Shown here: one piece after another, positions 9,483 to 19,615 of the stretch | How the letters are laid out: every line of letters starts with the position of its first letter | Numbering within the stretch: the stretch's first letter is position 1 | Virus record (IMG/VR): IMGVR_UViG_3300017987_005500 | Reading direction: 5' to 3' (one strand) | DNA: 64,000 nt | DNA from: a virus | Taxonomy: Duplodnaviria; Heunggongvirae; Uroviricota; Caudoviricetes | Position numbers and translations under genes: made by a program | The notes under the pieces: generated by a model | Told to the model about the DNA's origin: nothing | What the model saw: only the letters and a program-made list of their open reading frames with translations | Database searches by the model: none

Positions 9483-10901
9483 CTATTCATAATTATAAAT
9501 ATATAATTCAAGTAAATCATTTTTTCGTAAATCAACATGTTCAGCATTAATAGTTATTGTTACTCCATCATCATCTAATGTATAATGATCTCCATATAAT
9601 AGCGGACCTTCCTTTCCTATCAATACTAATAAATCTTTAGTTACTGTCTCAGGAACTGTTATATCATATGAAGTCGTTGAATCTGCTTCAGCTTGTGTTG
9701 TGAGATGTATATATCTTATTTTAAATATTGTCTCTCTTTGTTTACATTCTTTAACTTCTCCCGATGGAGAGTATTCTCCACTTGAGGTAGAGTCAAGTCC
9801 AGTCTCCCATGTTTTAGTAAATCTCATTTCATGTTCATGAGGTTCGTATTGCAATTGTTCTTCTGTTTTACTTGATGGATCAATTGTAAAGAATGCTTCT
9901 CTTGATTCTTTTGGAACAATTTCTTTTACTTTATCATCTTGAACTAAATCTTGTCTAACTTGACTTAATTTATAATCCTTTCCATGTTTATCAATAATAT
10001 AATTTAAAAATTCTTCCTGCTCTTTAGGTTCCAGTGTTCCCATCATATTATTGAACATAGCATTTTCAGAATACGAAGTCGCTGATGAAACATCCATATT
10101 TGTTTTAATTGATTGAACTAAATAATCAGTTTCTAAAACTAAAAAAGATGGAACTTCAAGTTCATATTCAACTTCAACAGTTAATCTCCAGTCAGCTAAT
10201 TTATCAGTACCCCCATAACGAGTGCTCCCATCGCTCATACCTGTCATTTTGTATATGGGTTTAATTTCAACAGGAATGACGTATTCGTCGCGATTTGTGG
10301 TCTTGACTAACTGATTGAAAGCTCCAGCTGATTCCCAATTTAATCTATGATGAGCACCTGTATCAGGATTGACATATTCATAATTTATGAATTTTTCAGG
10401 AAGAATTAAAAATGTATTAAACCATATAGGGTAAATATATCTATCAATATCACCCATAATTTGAATCATAAATAATCTTAAATCACAATATTCATAAAAT
10501 GAATTTGTAAGCATCAATAAATTAAATGTTCCTTTTAATCTTGTGAAACCTACATTTACTTTAACATCTTCATCTTGATACACTGGTTCATATATCCTGC
10601 TTATCAGTCCAGCTGCTAAATTAGGATATCTATATAATTGCTTTCCTCCAGCATTTGCATCTGCTGTGGTCATTTCTCCAGATGGATCTAAAATCAATGC
10701 TGGTAACATTGGCATATCAGTTTCTCGATCATACTGTTCTTTTTTACTTAAAAATTCAACAGCTTTATCATATGTACCAACCACACGATATTTAAAACGT
10801 TCATATAAATATGGAGCAAAATAATCTAAGGTGGAATGAAAAAAATCACCTATCACATTATGTATAAAGAAATAATGATATTTTGCTTCTTGATTTGTCA
10901 T
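9483..10901 (-). CDS. Putative virion structural protein (tail completion/neck-like)
   Basis: 472 aa, beta-rich, Ig-like-looking C-terminus ('LLYGDHYTL..DG.TI'). Assignment is inferred. Confidence 0.4.
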   Translation of the reverse strand: MTNQEAKYHYFFIHNVIGDFFHSTLDYFAPYLYERFKYRVVGTYDKAVEFLSKKEQYDRETDMPMLPALILDPSGEMTTADANAGGKQLYRYPNLAAGLISRIYEPVYQDEDVKVNVGFTRLKGTFNLLMLTNSFYEYCDLRLFMIQIMGDIDRYIYPIWFNTFLILPEKFINYEYVNPDTGAHHRLNWESAGAFNQLVKTTNRDEYVIPVEIKPIYKMTGMSDGSTRYGGTDKLADWRLTVEVEYELEVPSFLVLETDYLVQSIKTNMDVSSATSYSENAMFNNMMGTLEPKEQEEFLNYIIDKHGKDYKLSQVRQDLVQDDKVKEIVPKESREAFFTIDPSSKTEEQLQYEPHEHEMRFTKTWETGLDSTSSGEYSPSGEVKECKQRETIFKIRYIHLTTQAEADSTTSYDITVPETVTKDLLVLIGKEGPLLYGDHYTLDDDGVTITINAEHVDLRKNDLLELYIYNYE

Positions 10902-11527
10902 TATTCATCCCCTTTATCATCTTCCAATTTAATCACCTTATTTGTATCAATATTTGGCATTTGAACACGATTCATGAAAGACTTTTTATATTCTCTATTA
11001 AATTCATCTACAACTTTAATAGACTGTGATGTTGATAATTGAACTGCTGTTGTCCTTACTATTTTCTTTTTAAGTTTTGCTACAATATGTTGTCTTTCAG
11101 TTACAATAAAAAGAAATTCTTTTTCATAACCGACCAATGTCAAACCATATAACATAACCGTATTATAAAATGTTTTTCCTTCATAATCATACTTTGAAAG
11201 ATTGATTGATTCATTGAATGTAAATACCACGTCAGTATAATAATCATCTTTAATTTTATTAAACTGGTTAGTAATATCTAAATTATTTCCTCTATAATTA
11301 TGTAGCTCTAAAAATGTTTCACAGAATTTAGATGACTCTAAATTTTTAAACATATTTATTTTAATACCATGACTCTGCTGAGAATGTCCCATAAAGTCAG
11401 GGTCTACACGAAATAAAAGAAAGTTTGATGATTTATGAAAAAATACTCCAATGTTGTAATAACCATCTAAAAATGGTACTCTCAATGAGTAATGTCTGTC
11501 AAATGATTTACCTAATTCGAGTGGCAT
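10901..11527 (-). CDS. Hypothetical protein
   Basis: 208-aa ORF with AGGAG RBS. Confidence 0.65.
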   Translation of the reverse strand: MPLELGKSFDRHYSLRVPFLDGYYNIGVFFHKSSNFLLFRVDPDFMGHSQQSHGIKINMFKNLESSKFCETFLELHNYRGNNLDITNQFNKIKDDYYTDVVFTFNESINLSKYDYEGKTFYNTVMLYGLTLVGYEKEFLFIVTERQHIVAKLKKKIVRTTAVQLSTSQSIKVVDEFNREYKKSFMNRVQMPNIDTNKVIKLEDDKGDE

Positions 11528-11543
11528 TTAATTATCTCCTTCG

Positions 11544-13556
11544 CTAAAAATCTATATCATCCCAATTATCTTCTTCTTTATCTTCTTTAACTTCTTCTTT
11601 ATTTTCAGCTTCTACAGTTTTCAATCTTGCTAACATTAAATCTTTTGATAGCATACATTGTTCAAAATTATTTGCTACAAAATTCTTGAAGGTTCCCTTT
11701 TTATCACTTTCATTCCACACATATAATGCCTTAAGAACATTCTCACCTAATTCCTCAATTGCAGAATTAAATTCCCACTCAACATCTTTTGTACCAATAT
11801 CTTTTAGATAATTTAATAAAGCATCAACAGTTTGTTTTGGCACTTCATTTCTATATTTATAAACCAATCTGTAAACATGAGCTTCTTTAACAGCTTGAGG
11901 TGCTTTCGTGGGTGTTGATTTTTTAGGTGCTGCTTTAGCTTTTGGTTTTTTCTTCTCATCAAATAATTCTAAAATATCATCACTGAAAGCTTTTTTATCA
12001 ATATTTTCAAAATTACCTAATTTCTTTTCAACCTCAAGTTTTATGAGATCATTTATTTGTTCTAAACTTAATTTGTTAATAGCAGGTAATATAACTTCAC
12101 CGCTTTTATATAAACTATCATGCATCTCAATTACAGTTTGACCTTTACCAACTATATTATCAATTACCTGTGTAATAAATGAGTCTACGTCCAAACCTGT
12201 AACTGTTGTGCAACTATAAGATGCAAGAATTTCCTCATATTGATTGAATACACCTTTCGCCTTATATGCATTGAATCTTTCCATCACACAAGTCTTAATT
12301 GCATTCTTATCAATCTTATCTAAAAATGAAAAAATTAGAACGTCAGAAAAACTTCTAAATGCCAAATATAAAATTGCCTTATTGTGCATTGCATCTGACT
12401 CTTTGTCTTCTAATCTTTCTCTCATTATTTTAATATATGCTCCAACTGTTAATAGATCATATAATAATTCAACATTTTGAATTGGTAAATCATCAACTCC
12501 TTTATATTTCAAAATATTTGTAGTTGATGGCAGAGGTGTTGAATTTCTTGAATAATTCTGAAGATGTGTATGAAATATCAGAGTTGAGATATATGAATAT
12601 GATTCCATATCAGCTTCAGTGAAATCTGGTAATAAATCAACATCATATGCTTCTTTTATAGTCAATATAAATTCCATAAAAGGATTTGGTTTTGTGATTG
12701 ATGAATAAAGCATATTTTCAAGAGTCTCAATCTTTCCGTCCAATACCTTATTTATAAAAGGACTATCAAACTCTCTTATAGCAACCTTTTGTTCTTTATC
12801 TTTAGTTGCTTCAATTTCAGGAACTTTAATGTTATTTATATTTTCATCCATAAATCCACTAAAACTATCTTGTGCTTCGGAACTCTCTGGAGGACTTTGA
12901 CCAGTATATTTTTCAACCTCTTCAGATGTTGTCACGCTTACAAAATTATTGACAGTGTCGCCGTCCTGCGCAACACCCGAACCTATCGCCGCCGCAATCT
13001 GACCGGGAATACTTTTGATGTCCCCTCTCATTCCATCATTTGTCTTTAGTAAATTTGCCATTATTTGTCTATTCACTAAACTCATCGCCATTTGATCACA
13101 TGTATTAGAAGTTGTTTCTAACTTTTTAACAAGTGCTAAAAATGAAGATCCCATTGGCAAATATATCTTTCCAAAGTCAGATTCATTATGTCTAATTTCA
13201 ATTTGAATGACATTTTCATTTGTTGATTCAGCAACTAAAAATGAAAATTTTAATGTACGTCCTCTTTGATATTTACATAAAATTTCCGCTCCGGATTGAA
13301 ATGCATGTGCTATATCTTTTTGGACTTGTCTCAATCGAAGTATTAAATCAATTACATCAGTATATGAAAGGTTACATGACTTTCTTGATCTGTCAGAATC
13401 TGCAATAATTGAAATTAAAATATTTGGAGCTGTAAAATAATTGAAATCATTGGTGTTACATGAAAGTGCCATTTCAATTGAGCTGTTACTTCCATATATT
13501 TGATCTCGGTAGGAATATAAAGTTTGGTTAAACCATGTCGTGTTTTCGTTATACAT
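11544..13556 (-). CDS. Large hypothetical protein with acidic C-terminal tail
   Basis: 670 aa, AGGAG RBS, ends 'EEDNWDDIDF'. Confidence 0.7.
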   Translation of the reverse strand: MYNENTTWFNQTLYSYRDQIYGSNSSIEMALSCNTNDFNYFTAPNILISIIADSDRSRKSCNLSYTDVIDLILRLRQVQKDIAHAFQSGAEILCKYQRGRTLKFSFLVAESTNENVIQIEIRHNESDFGKIYLPMGSSFLALVKKLETTSNTCDQMAMSLVNRQIMANLLKTNDGMRGDIKSIPGQIAAAIGSGVAQDGDTVNNFVSVTTSEEVEKYTGQSPPESSEAQDSFSGFMDENINNIKVPEIEATKDKEQKVAIREFDSPFINKVLDGKIETLENMLYSSITKPNPFMEFILTIKEAYDVDLLPDFTEADMESYSYISTLIFHTHLQNYSRNSTPLPSTTNILKYKGVDDLPIQNVELLYDLLTVGAYIKIMRERLEDKESDAMHNKAILYLAFRSFSDVLIFSFLDKIDKNAIKTCVMERFNAYKAKGVFNQYEEILASYSCTTVTGLDVDSFITQVIDNIVGKGQTVIEMHDSLYKSGEVILPAINKLSLEQINDLIKLEVEKKLGNFENIDKKAFSDDILELFDEKKKPKAKAAPKKSTPTKAPQAVKEAHVYRLVYKYRNEVPKQTVDALLNYLKDIGTKDVEWEFNSAIEELGENVLKALYVWNESDKKGTFKNFVANNFEQCMLSKDLMLARLKTVEAENKEEVKEDKEEDNWDDIDF

Positions 13557-13587
13557 TTATTCAATCTCCTTTGAAATTCGTTATTCT

Positions 13588-14268
13588 CTAAAAAGTCAAT
13601 TCGTTAAACTTAAAATCTAGTTTATTCGGTTTCTTTTTATACTCTTTTTCATTTGTTCTATGACTCATGTCTATTTTCTCATATAAAACATCTACTAATT
13701 TACATAATACATGTCCTATTAAAATATGCATTTCTTGTATTCTTGCTGTATTATATGAAGGTACTTTAATTAATACATCATATTTATCAAATTCAACTTT
13801 ACAGTTACCTGTAAGAAGAATTGTTTTAATTCCCATTTCTTTAGCTCTATCAAGAGCAAGTCTTACATTAGGTGATGTTCCAGATGTTGAAATACCAATA
13901 GCAACATCACCTGGATTGCCAAGAGCAGAAATTTGTTTTGAAAAAATCTCTTTGTAATTGAAGTCATTTGAAATTGCTGTAAGAGCTGAAGTGTCTGTAG
14001 TTAGAGCAATTGCAGGAAGAGGTTCTCGGTCAATTGAAAATCTATTTGTAAATTCAGCAGCTATATGTTGAGCATCAGCAGCACTACCTCCATTACCAAA
14101 TAAAAATAATTTCCTCCTTGTAATTGGATAATCTCTTTTCTCAGGATTTGGATTGAATATCTCTTCTAATAGTTTACTAGCTCTAATAATAAAATTATGA
14201 CATTTACTTAATGTAAGAGCTGTTAATTTTTCATGTTCAAAAAATATCTCATCAACTATAGTTACCAT
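13588..14268 (-). CDS. gmhA: Phosphoheptose (sedoheptulose-7-phosphate) isomerase
   Basis: 'GNGGSAADAQHIAAE', 'SNDF', 'ISTSGTS.NV', 'ARIQEMHI..GH.LC'. Confidence 0.95.
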   Translation of the reverse strand: MVTIVDEIFFEHEKLTALTLSKCHNFIIRASKLLEEIFNPNPEKRDYPITRRKLFLFGNGGSAADAQHIAAEFTNRFSIDREPLPAIALTTDTSALTAISNDFNYKEIFSKQISALGNPGDVAIGISTSGTSPNVRLALDRAKEMGIKTILLTGNCKVEFDKYDVLIKVPSYNTARIQEMHILIGHVLCKLVDVLYEKIDMSHRTNEKEYKKKPNKLDFKFNELTF

Positions 14269-14550
14269 GTTGTAGAAACTCCTTTCTTTTTGAAAGTTAT
14301 ACGTTTACGTTGGCGTAAACCATCACGCACCAGCGTTGTGGTTTTGTCTGCGCAACTTCCTAATTATAATTACTTACAAATTCCAGTACTTTTTTTATTT
14401 ATTACTTAAAAACTTTTTTTATTAACCTATTTTGGAGTCGTCACTAAGGTGACTCCCTTCTAATTCTAATTCCTGGGGAATTCCAATTCTTAAAGGACAT
14501 ATATTCAATATAAGTTATTATTATCATTCTTATTATTGTACCTATCAAAA

Positions 14551-14680
14551 GAACTAATTATTACTTTTTTTAAAATACATGTACCAAAAAGGTTAATATT
14601 TGACCAATTATTACATTTTCAAAAAAACTAGAACTATTTATTTTATTTTTTAAAAATTAAGAACCAAATGTTATATTTTA
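14551..14680. repeat. Degenerate direct repeats at 30-bp spacing (iteron-like); putative origin
   Basis: Units at 14551 gaactaattattactttttttaaaa, 14601 tgaccaattattacattttcaaaaa, 14631 gaactatttattttattttttaaaa, 14661 gaaccaaatgttatatttta; partial unit at 14581; adjacent to the Rep-like gene. Confidence 0.55.
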
Positions 14681-14683
14681 GCA

Positions 14684-15637
14684 TCATTTGAAGAATTCAA
14701 AAACATTATTTTCATATGTCCAATTTTTAATTAATGAGTTATCTTTAAGAACCAATAATCCTTTTTCAATAGCTTTTATATTTTCTGAATGACTTTTATT
14801 CATAAAACCTAATCCTGATATAATTGTACAATCTTTAAACCTTTTATGTTTAAAACCATTTCTTGATAAAATATATTTTCTATAAATAAGTTGAGATGTT
14901 TCAGATAAATTGAAAAAATCAACTTTTGAAGTAATCCAATCAAAATTGATACATATTAAATTATACAAAAATAACCTTCCAAAATTAGTATTGAATGTTA
15001 TTTTATATTTTTTATTATTTCTTCTTCCAGATGGAGTAATATTACATGAAGCTAATTCACAATCAAAAATATTTTCATTTTCTATTTTTACAGGATTTTC
15101 TGTAAATTTTTTCATTTGTTTATTATATACTCTAATAGGATAATAAAAATTAAATTTACAACTTGCAGTTGAATTAAAAAGATTTTCGATTGCTATAGAA
15201 GATAAATTTCTAAAAAAATAATTTTGTTTGATAGTTTTTTCTTCTATGCACATATTAAAATCTTGAGGAATAACTGAAGTTGCAGCTTCATTATAATCAA
15301 TTTCATCTTTCTGATTTTCAACTTGAATTACTATTTTATTTGTATGTCTATTATATGGATTAGCAGGAATATAATTTTCTTTTTCTTCATCTTCATAATA
15401 TTTTTTAGTTTTATACCAATGATTAGCTAACAAATGACCAATATAATCAATCAACATAAAATTTCTAGAATCCCAAAAACTTGACATTGTTACAACATTT
15501 TTTTCATGTTTTGGATAAGGAGATAGAGTTAATGGGAATTCAATATCTCTATGACCTCTTCGTTTAGAAATTCCTATCAATAATCTATTCAAACTTCTTT
15601 CACTTATCATATCTTTTTTAATTTTTTCTTTTTTCAT
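14684..15637 (-). CDS. Putative plasmid-type replication initiator (TrfA/Rep_3-like winged helix)
   Basis: 'KYKITFN..FG.LF', 'FFNLSETSQLIYRKY', 'AIEKGLLVLKDNSLI' resemble WH initiators; very AT-rich; next to iteron-like repeats and the strand switch. Start set at ATG 15637 after AAGGA. Confidence 0.5.
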   Translation of the reverse strand: MKKEKIKKDMISERSLNRLLIGISKRRGHRDIEFPLTLSPYPKHEKNVVTMSSFWDSRNFMLIDYIGHLLANHWYKTKKYYEDEEKENYIPANPYNRHTNKIVIQVENQKDEIDYNEAATSVIPQDFNMCIEEKTIKQNYFFRNLSSIAIENLFNSTASCKFNFYYPIRVYNKQMKKFTENPVKIENENIFDCELASCNITPSGRRNNKKYKITFNTNFGRLFLYNLICINFDWITSKVDFFNLSETSQLIYRKYILSRNGFKHKRFKDCTIISGLGFMNKSHSENIKAIEKGLLVLKDNSLIKNWTYENNVFEFFK

Positions 15638-15738
15638 AAAATTTTCCTTTAGATATTCATTTTTCACTTTAATATATGTTACTAATAATAAAAATGGATT
15701 CTTATTTAAAATAATAAAAATACTTTAGGTTCTATGTG

Positions 15739-15756
15739 TTATATATATTACTTTGT
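15739..15756 (+). promoter_or_regulatory. Putative early promoter (TATATTAC class)
   Basis: ttATATATATTACTTTGT upstream of the helicase; near-identical motif at 44871. Confidence 0.5.
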
Positions 15757-15810
15757 AATAACGAGTATCCAATATTACTTTTAGTAACAAAATTAAAAGG
15801 AAATATATGT

Positions 15811-17064
15811 ATGAAATTATCGAGTGAACAAGAAAATGTAACGTCCATTTTGACTAAATGGGCGATGAGGAGAGTGAAACCAAATAACGACCCATTATTA
15901 GATAATTACACAACAATGGGTGGTTATGCGGGCACTGGAAAGACGACATTAATAGCTGAATTAAGACGACGAATATATAATCAAGCGCCAGGACTTAATG
16001 TGGCATTTGTGACATTTACAGGAAAAGCTTCTTTGGTACTTGACACTAAATTACAAGAAGCTGGAGTTGTAAGAAATAATGATTATGTAGGTACTATTCA
16101 TAGACTTATTTATAGACCAATTTTCTCAGAAGATAAACAAAAGGTAGTTGGATGGGAACCTAGATATAAGGGTGAATTGGAATGTGATTTAATAATAATT
16201 GATGAAGCTTCTATGGTTTCAAAGAAGATATGGGATGATTTAATTTATTATGAAATTCCAATAATTGCCATTGGAGATCATGGACAGCTTCCTCCAATTG
16301 GTGATGCATTCTCATTAATGCAAAATCCAAATATGGCATTAACACAAGTTCATAGACAAGCATTGAATCATCCAATTATTAAATTATCTATGCACATAAG
16401 GAAATATGGGTTTATTCCAAATGGATTATTTGAAGATGACATTCCATTGAAAGAGCAGAGAGTATTTAAACTCAGCTGGAATAATGATCCAATGTGTCAA
16501 AGAGTATTCAATAAAATTCAATTCGATGATGAAAAGAATGATGTTATTGCTTTATGTGGCATGAATAGGACGAGAGTTGGTATTAACAACCTTATAAGAA
16601 ATATGATTGGAAATACTGAAAATTATCCTTATGCAAATGACAAAGTTGTTTGTCTAAAGAATAACTATGATACAAAAATATTCAATGGACAGATAGGAAG
16701 TGTTGCTGGATTTGTCACACATTTCAATGATGAATTATATAACATGACTATTGACTTTGGTTATGAGGAAATGATAGAATGTCTTGTGCATAAGCATTGT
16801 TTTGGAATGGAAAATCACAGTGAAATATTCGACAAGATATATGCTGGAGAAATGAAAAAGATGATTTCTTCAACAGGTTTTAATTCAGTTGATTTATGTG
16901 ATTGGGGTTATTGTGTATCTGTTCATAAATCCCAAGGTAGTGAATGGGATAAGGTAATTTTATTTGAAGAAAGATCACAACATTGGGATGATGATTTTTA
17001 TAAGCGCTGGTTATACACAGCAGTTACCAGAGCAAAAGAGAAATTATTCGTCATTACAAATTGA
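15811..17064 (+). CDS. Dda/RecD-like SF1B helicase
   Basis: 'GYAGTGKTT', 'IIDEASMV', 'GDHGQLPP', 'HRQA', 'HKSQGSEW', 'YTAVTRA'. Confidence 0.92.
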   Translation: MKLSSEQENVTSILTKWAMRRVKPNNDPLLDNYTTMGGYAGTGKTTLIAELRRRIYNQAPGLNVAFVTFTGKASLVLDTKLQEAGVVRNNDYVGTIHRLIYRPIFSEDKQKVVGWEPRYKGELECDLIIIDEASMVSKKIWDDLIYYEIPIIAIGDHGQLPPIGDAFSLMQNPNMALTQVHRQALNHPIIKLSMHIRKYGFIPNGLFEDDIPLKEQRVFKLSWNNDPMCQRVFNKIQFDDEKNDVIALCGMNRTRVGINNLIRNMIGNTENYPYANDKVVCLKNNYDTKIFNGQIGSVAGFVTHFNDELYNMTIDFGYEEMIECLVHKHCFGMENHSEIFDKIYAGEMKKMISSTGFNSVDLCDWGYCVSVHKSQGSEWDKVILFEERSQHWDDDFYKRWLYTAVTRAKEKLFVITN

Positions 17065-17081
17065 GAAATAAAATATTTTCA

Positions 17082-17099
17082 TAAGAACATAAACTAAAA
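17082..17099 (+). promoter_or_regulatory. Putative phage promoter, GAACA class
   Basis: TAAGAACATAAACTAAAA, intergenic. Confidence 0.55.
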
Positions 17100-17125
17100 T
17101 AAACATTATTAGTGAGGTATGTCTT

Positions 17126-17527
17126 ATGAAGATTAAGCAAATTAAAGCTTTAGTGGAAGAGACATTAGAGATCAACGCGGTTACTATCATGGAAACATAT
17201 GATAAATCTGGAGATACTTATTATTTATGTGATGGGGTGATTATAATAATCCATCATTCTAAACAACAGATCAATCTATGTTTCCATGTCGCGATGAGAC
17301 CAGACACAGCAGCATTAATTTCAATTGCACTGACAAAGATTCGATATCCATTTATTTTTAGTCTTCCATTTATATATGACAAAGATGGAAATGTAGTCGA
17401 CGGAGAAAAAGCTGAAAAATTATTTCAATCAAATTTATCAACAACTATAATAAATGAATTTATGCAAGAGCAACAACAATTACAATTATTAAATATGATT
17501 GTACCTGAAAACACATTAAGTAATTGA
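17126..17527 (+). CDS. Hypothetical protein
   Basis: 133-aa ORF with GAGGT RBS. Confidence 0.65.
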   Translation: MKIKQIKALVEETLEINAVTIMETYDKSGDTYYLCDGVIIIIHHSKQQINLCFHVAMRPDTAALISIALTKIRYPFIFSLPFIYDKDGNVVDGEKAEKLFQSNLSTTIINEFMQEQQQLQLLNMIVPENTLSN

Positions 17528-17538
17528 AGGAGTGAATA

Positions 17539-18507
17539 GTGAGTTTACTTGAAGCGATATGGGTGGATAAATATAGACCGAAATCAATAGACGACGTTGT
17601 ATTTTCGGGTGAACAGAAAGACGACTTTGCGAGATATGTGAAATCAAGAGAAATTCCACATTTATGTTTATATGGTCCTCCAGGAGGAGGAAAAACAACA
17701 ATTGCATTAATTTTAGCATCACCATATGGAGTATTGAATAATCCAAATGATAATTTACTTGAGATAAATGGATCTGCTAAAAGCTCAAGAGGAATTGGAT
17801 TTGTAGAAGATGTAATTGTGCCATTTCTTAAACTTCCTCCAATGGGTAATGATAAACATAAAATTGTTTTTATTGACGAAGCTGATTATTTAACTGATGC
17901 AAGTTTTCATTCATTGAGAAATCCTGTTGAAAGATTTAGTAAAACTACAAGATTTGTTTTCACATGTAACTATGTGTCGAAACTGCCAGAAGCTTTACAA
18001 TCTCGTTTTCAATTTTATGAGTTTAAACAGATGTCAATTGAGTATGTAACAAATCATTGTAAAAATATTTTAGAATCTGAAAAGATTAAATATAAAGAAA
18101 AGGATATACAATATATAGTAAGTAATTTATATCCTGACATAAGAAGGATTGTAAATAGTTTACAAAGATGTTCAGTAACAGGTGAATTGAAAGTTAATAA
18201 GGATGTTGTATTAACTACTGAAAAATTAGTAATTGCAGCTACAATTGAAATTATTGCAGCAATTATGAATAATGAAAATAGTAAAATTGGAAAGAAAGTA
18301 AATGAAATACTGAAGTTAATAAGTGAGAAAGATATTGAATTCAGGAGTTTATATTCTTCTCTTTTTTTTACTAAAAATGTACCCCCGCCAGTTAAAATTA
18401 TTATAAATAAATACACTAATGAACACGGTAGCTGTTTGGTCCCAAATATGCACTTTATGAGTCTTATATTTGATATAATTCAATGTTTAAAAAGTTATGG
18501 AAAATAA
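17539..18507 (+). CDS. Clamp loader AAA+ subunit (RFC small / T4 gp44-like)
   Basis: 'WVDKYRP', 'GPPGGGKTT', 'IDEADYL', 'TCNY', 'LQSRF', 'PDIRR'. Confidence 0.92.
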   Translation: MSLLEAIWVDKYRPKSIDDVVFSGEQKDDFARYVKSREIPHLCLYGPPGGGKTTIALILASPYGVLNNPNDNLLEINGSAKSSRGIGFVEDVIVPFLKLPPMGNDKHKIVFIDEADYLTDASFHSLRNPVERFSKTTRFVFTCNYVSKLPEALQSRFQFYEFKQMSIEYVTNHCKNILESEKIKYKEKDIQYIVSNLYPDIRRIVNSLQRCSVTGELKVNKDVVLTTEKLVIAATIEIIAAIMNNENSKIGKKVNEILKLISEKDIEFRSLYSSLFFTKNVPPPVKIIINKYTNEHGSCLVPNMHFMSLIFDIIQCLKSYGK

Positions 18508-18509
18508 TT

Positions 18510-19520
18510 ATGTTATGTGAATATGGATGCGGTCAAGAAGCAACTCATCAATTTAGAAATGGTAAATGGTGTTGTTTAAATCATGTAAATAAATGTCCGT
18601 ATGTAAAGAAAAAGTATATAGGGAAAAATTTAAGTATAGAAACTAAAAATAAAATATCAAAAATACATAAAGGAAAAATAGTTAATGAAGAAATTAAGAA
18701 GAAGATGAGTGAATCTCATAAAGGAAAAATAGTTAGTGAAGAAACTAAAAAAAGAATGAGTAAATCTCATAAAGGAAAAATAGTTAGTGAAGAAACTAAA
18801 AAAAGAATGAGTAAATCTCATAAAGGAAGAATAGTAAAAGAATCAACAAGAATTAAAATAGGAAATGCTCATAAAGGAAAAATAGTTAGTAAAAAAACTA
18901 AAAATAAAATGAGTGAATCTCGAAAAGGAAAAATTCCATGGAATAAAGGACATAAATTAAATATACAATATTACATAGATAATTATCCATTATTTTCAAA
19001 AATTGAAGAGATGAGATATAACCCTGATAAACCAGGTGAAAAGGAAATACAAGTACATTGCAAAAATCATAATTGCTCAAATTCAAAAGAACAAAATGGA
19101 TGGTTTACTCCAACTGAAAATCAACTTGATGGAAGACGAAGAGCATTAGAAGATAAAAATGGTAATGGAGGACATTATTTTTATTGTTGTGATGAATGTA
19201 AAGAAGAATGTCCTTTATATGCAAAAAAAGTTTCTCAATTAATTAAAGAAGATCAAATAAAAGCGGGAATTATTAAAAAAGAATATTATACACAATCTGA
19301 ATATAATATTTTGAGAACTGAAGTTTTAGAAAGAGCAGAATATTTATGCGAATATTGTAAAAAAGAAGCTATAGATGTTCATCATATTAAACCACAAAAA
19401 TTAGAACCATTTTTTGCATTAGATCCTGATTATGGAATTGCTTGTTGTAAAGAATGTCATTACAAATATGGACATAAGGATGAATGCTCAACTGGGAAAT
19501 TGGCGAATGAACAATGTTAA
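18510..19520 (+). CDS. 'CEYGCG' family HNH endonuclease with NUMOD3-like repeats (C-terminal type A)
   Basis: N-terminal CEYGCG module, 17-aa repeats HKGKIVSEETKKRMSKS, central Cys module, C-terminal 'CEYC...HHIKP...CCKECH'. Confidence 0.8.
   Translation: MLCEYGCGQEATHQFRNGKWCCLNHVNKCPYVKKKYIGKNLSIETKNKISKIHKGKIVNEEIKKKMSESHKGKIVSEETKKRMSKSHKGKIVSEETKKRMSKSHKGRIVKESTRIKIGNAHKGKIVSKKTKNKMSESRKGKIPWNKGHKLNIQYYIDNYPLFSKIEEMRYNPDKPGEKEIQVHCKNHNCSNSKEQNGWFTPTENQLDGRRRALEDKNGNGGHYFYCCDECKEECPLYAKKVSQLIKEDQIKAGIIKKEYYTQSEYNILRTEVLERAEYLCEYCKKEAIDVHHIKPQKLEPFFALDPDYGIACCKECHYKYGHKDECSTGKLANEQC
18666..18928 (+). repeat. 51-bp coding tandem repeat, about 5 copies (NUMOD3-like)
   Basis: Units begin at 18666, 18717, 18768, 18819, 18870; copies 2 and 3 are identical. 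Confidence 0.9.
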
Positions 19521-19570
19521 AAACATCAATTATTATATTGTATATATGGTGTTTTATTTTAACAATTATT

Positions 19571-19586
19571 TTTATATATATTATAC
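19571..19586 (+). promoter_or_regulatory. Putative early promoter (TATATT class)
   Basis: tttATATATATTATAC about 30 bp upstream of ATG 19616. Confidence 0.4.
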
Positions 19587-19615
19587 AAAAAAATAAATTA
19601 AAGAAAGGTACGAAT

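Noticed and set aside
12955-13015. Short GC-rich patch inside the 670-aa gene
   Set aside because: Encodes an Ala/Gly-rich segment (IPGQIAAAIGSGVAQDG) and shows no convincing stem or repeat.
11544-13556. 670-aa protein as chimallin (phage nucleus shell)
   Set aside because: Only the size is similar; I recognise no sequence feature. A Foldseek comparison with ChmA would settle it.
18666-18928. Regular 51-bp repeats as a CRISPR array
   Set aside because: No unique spacers; the repeats are in frame and encode NUMOD3-like 17-aa units.
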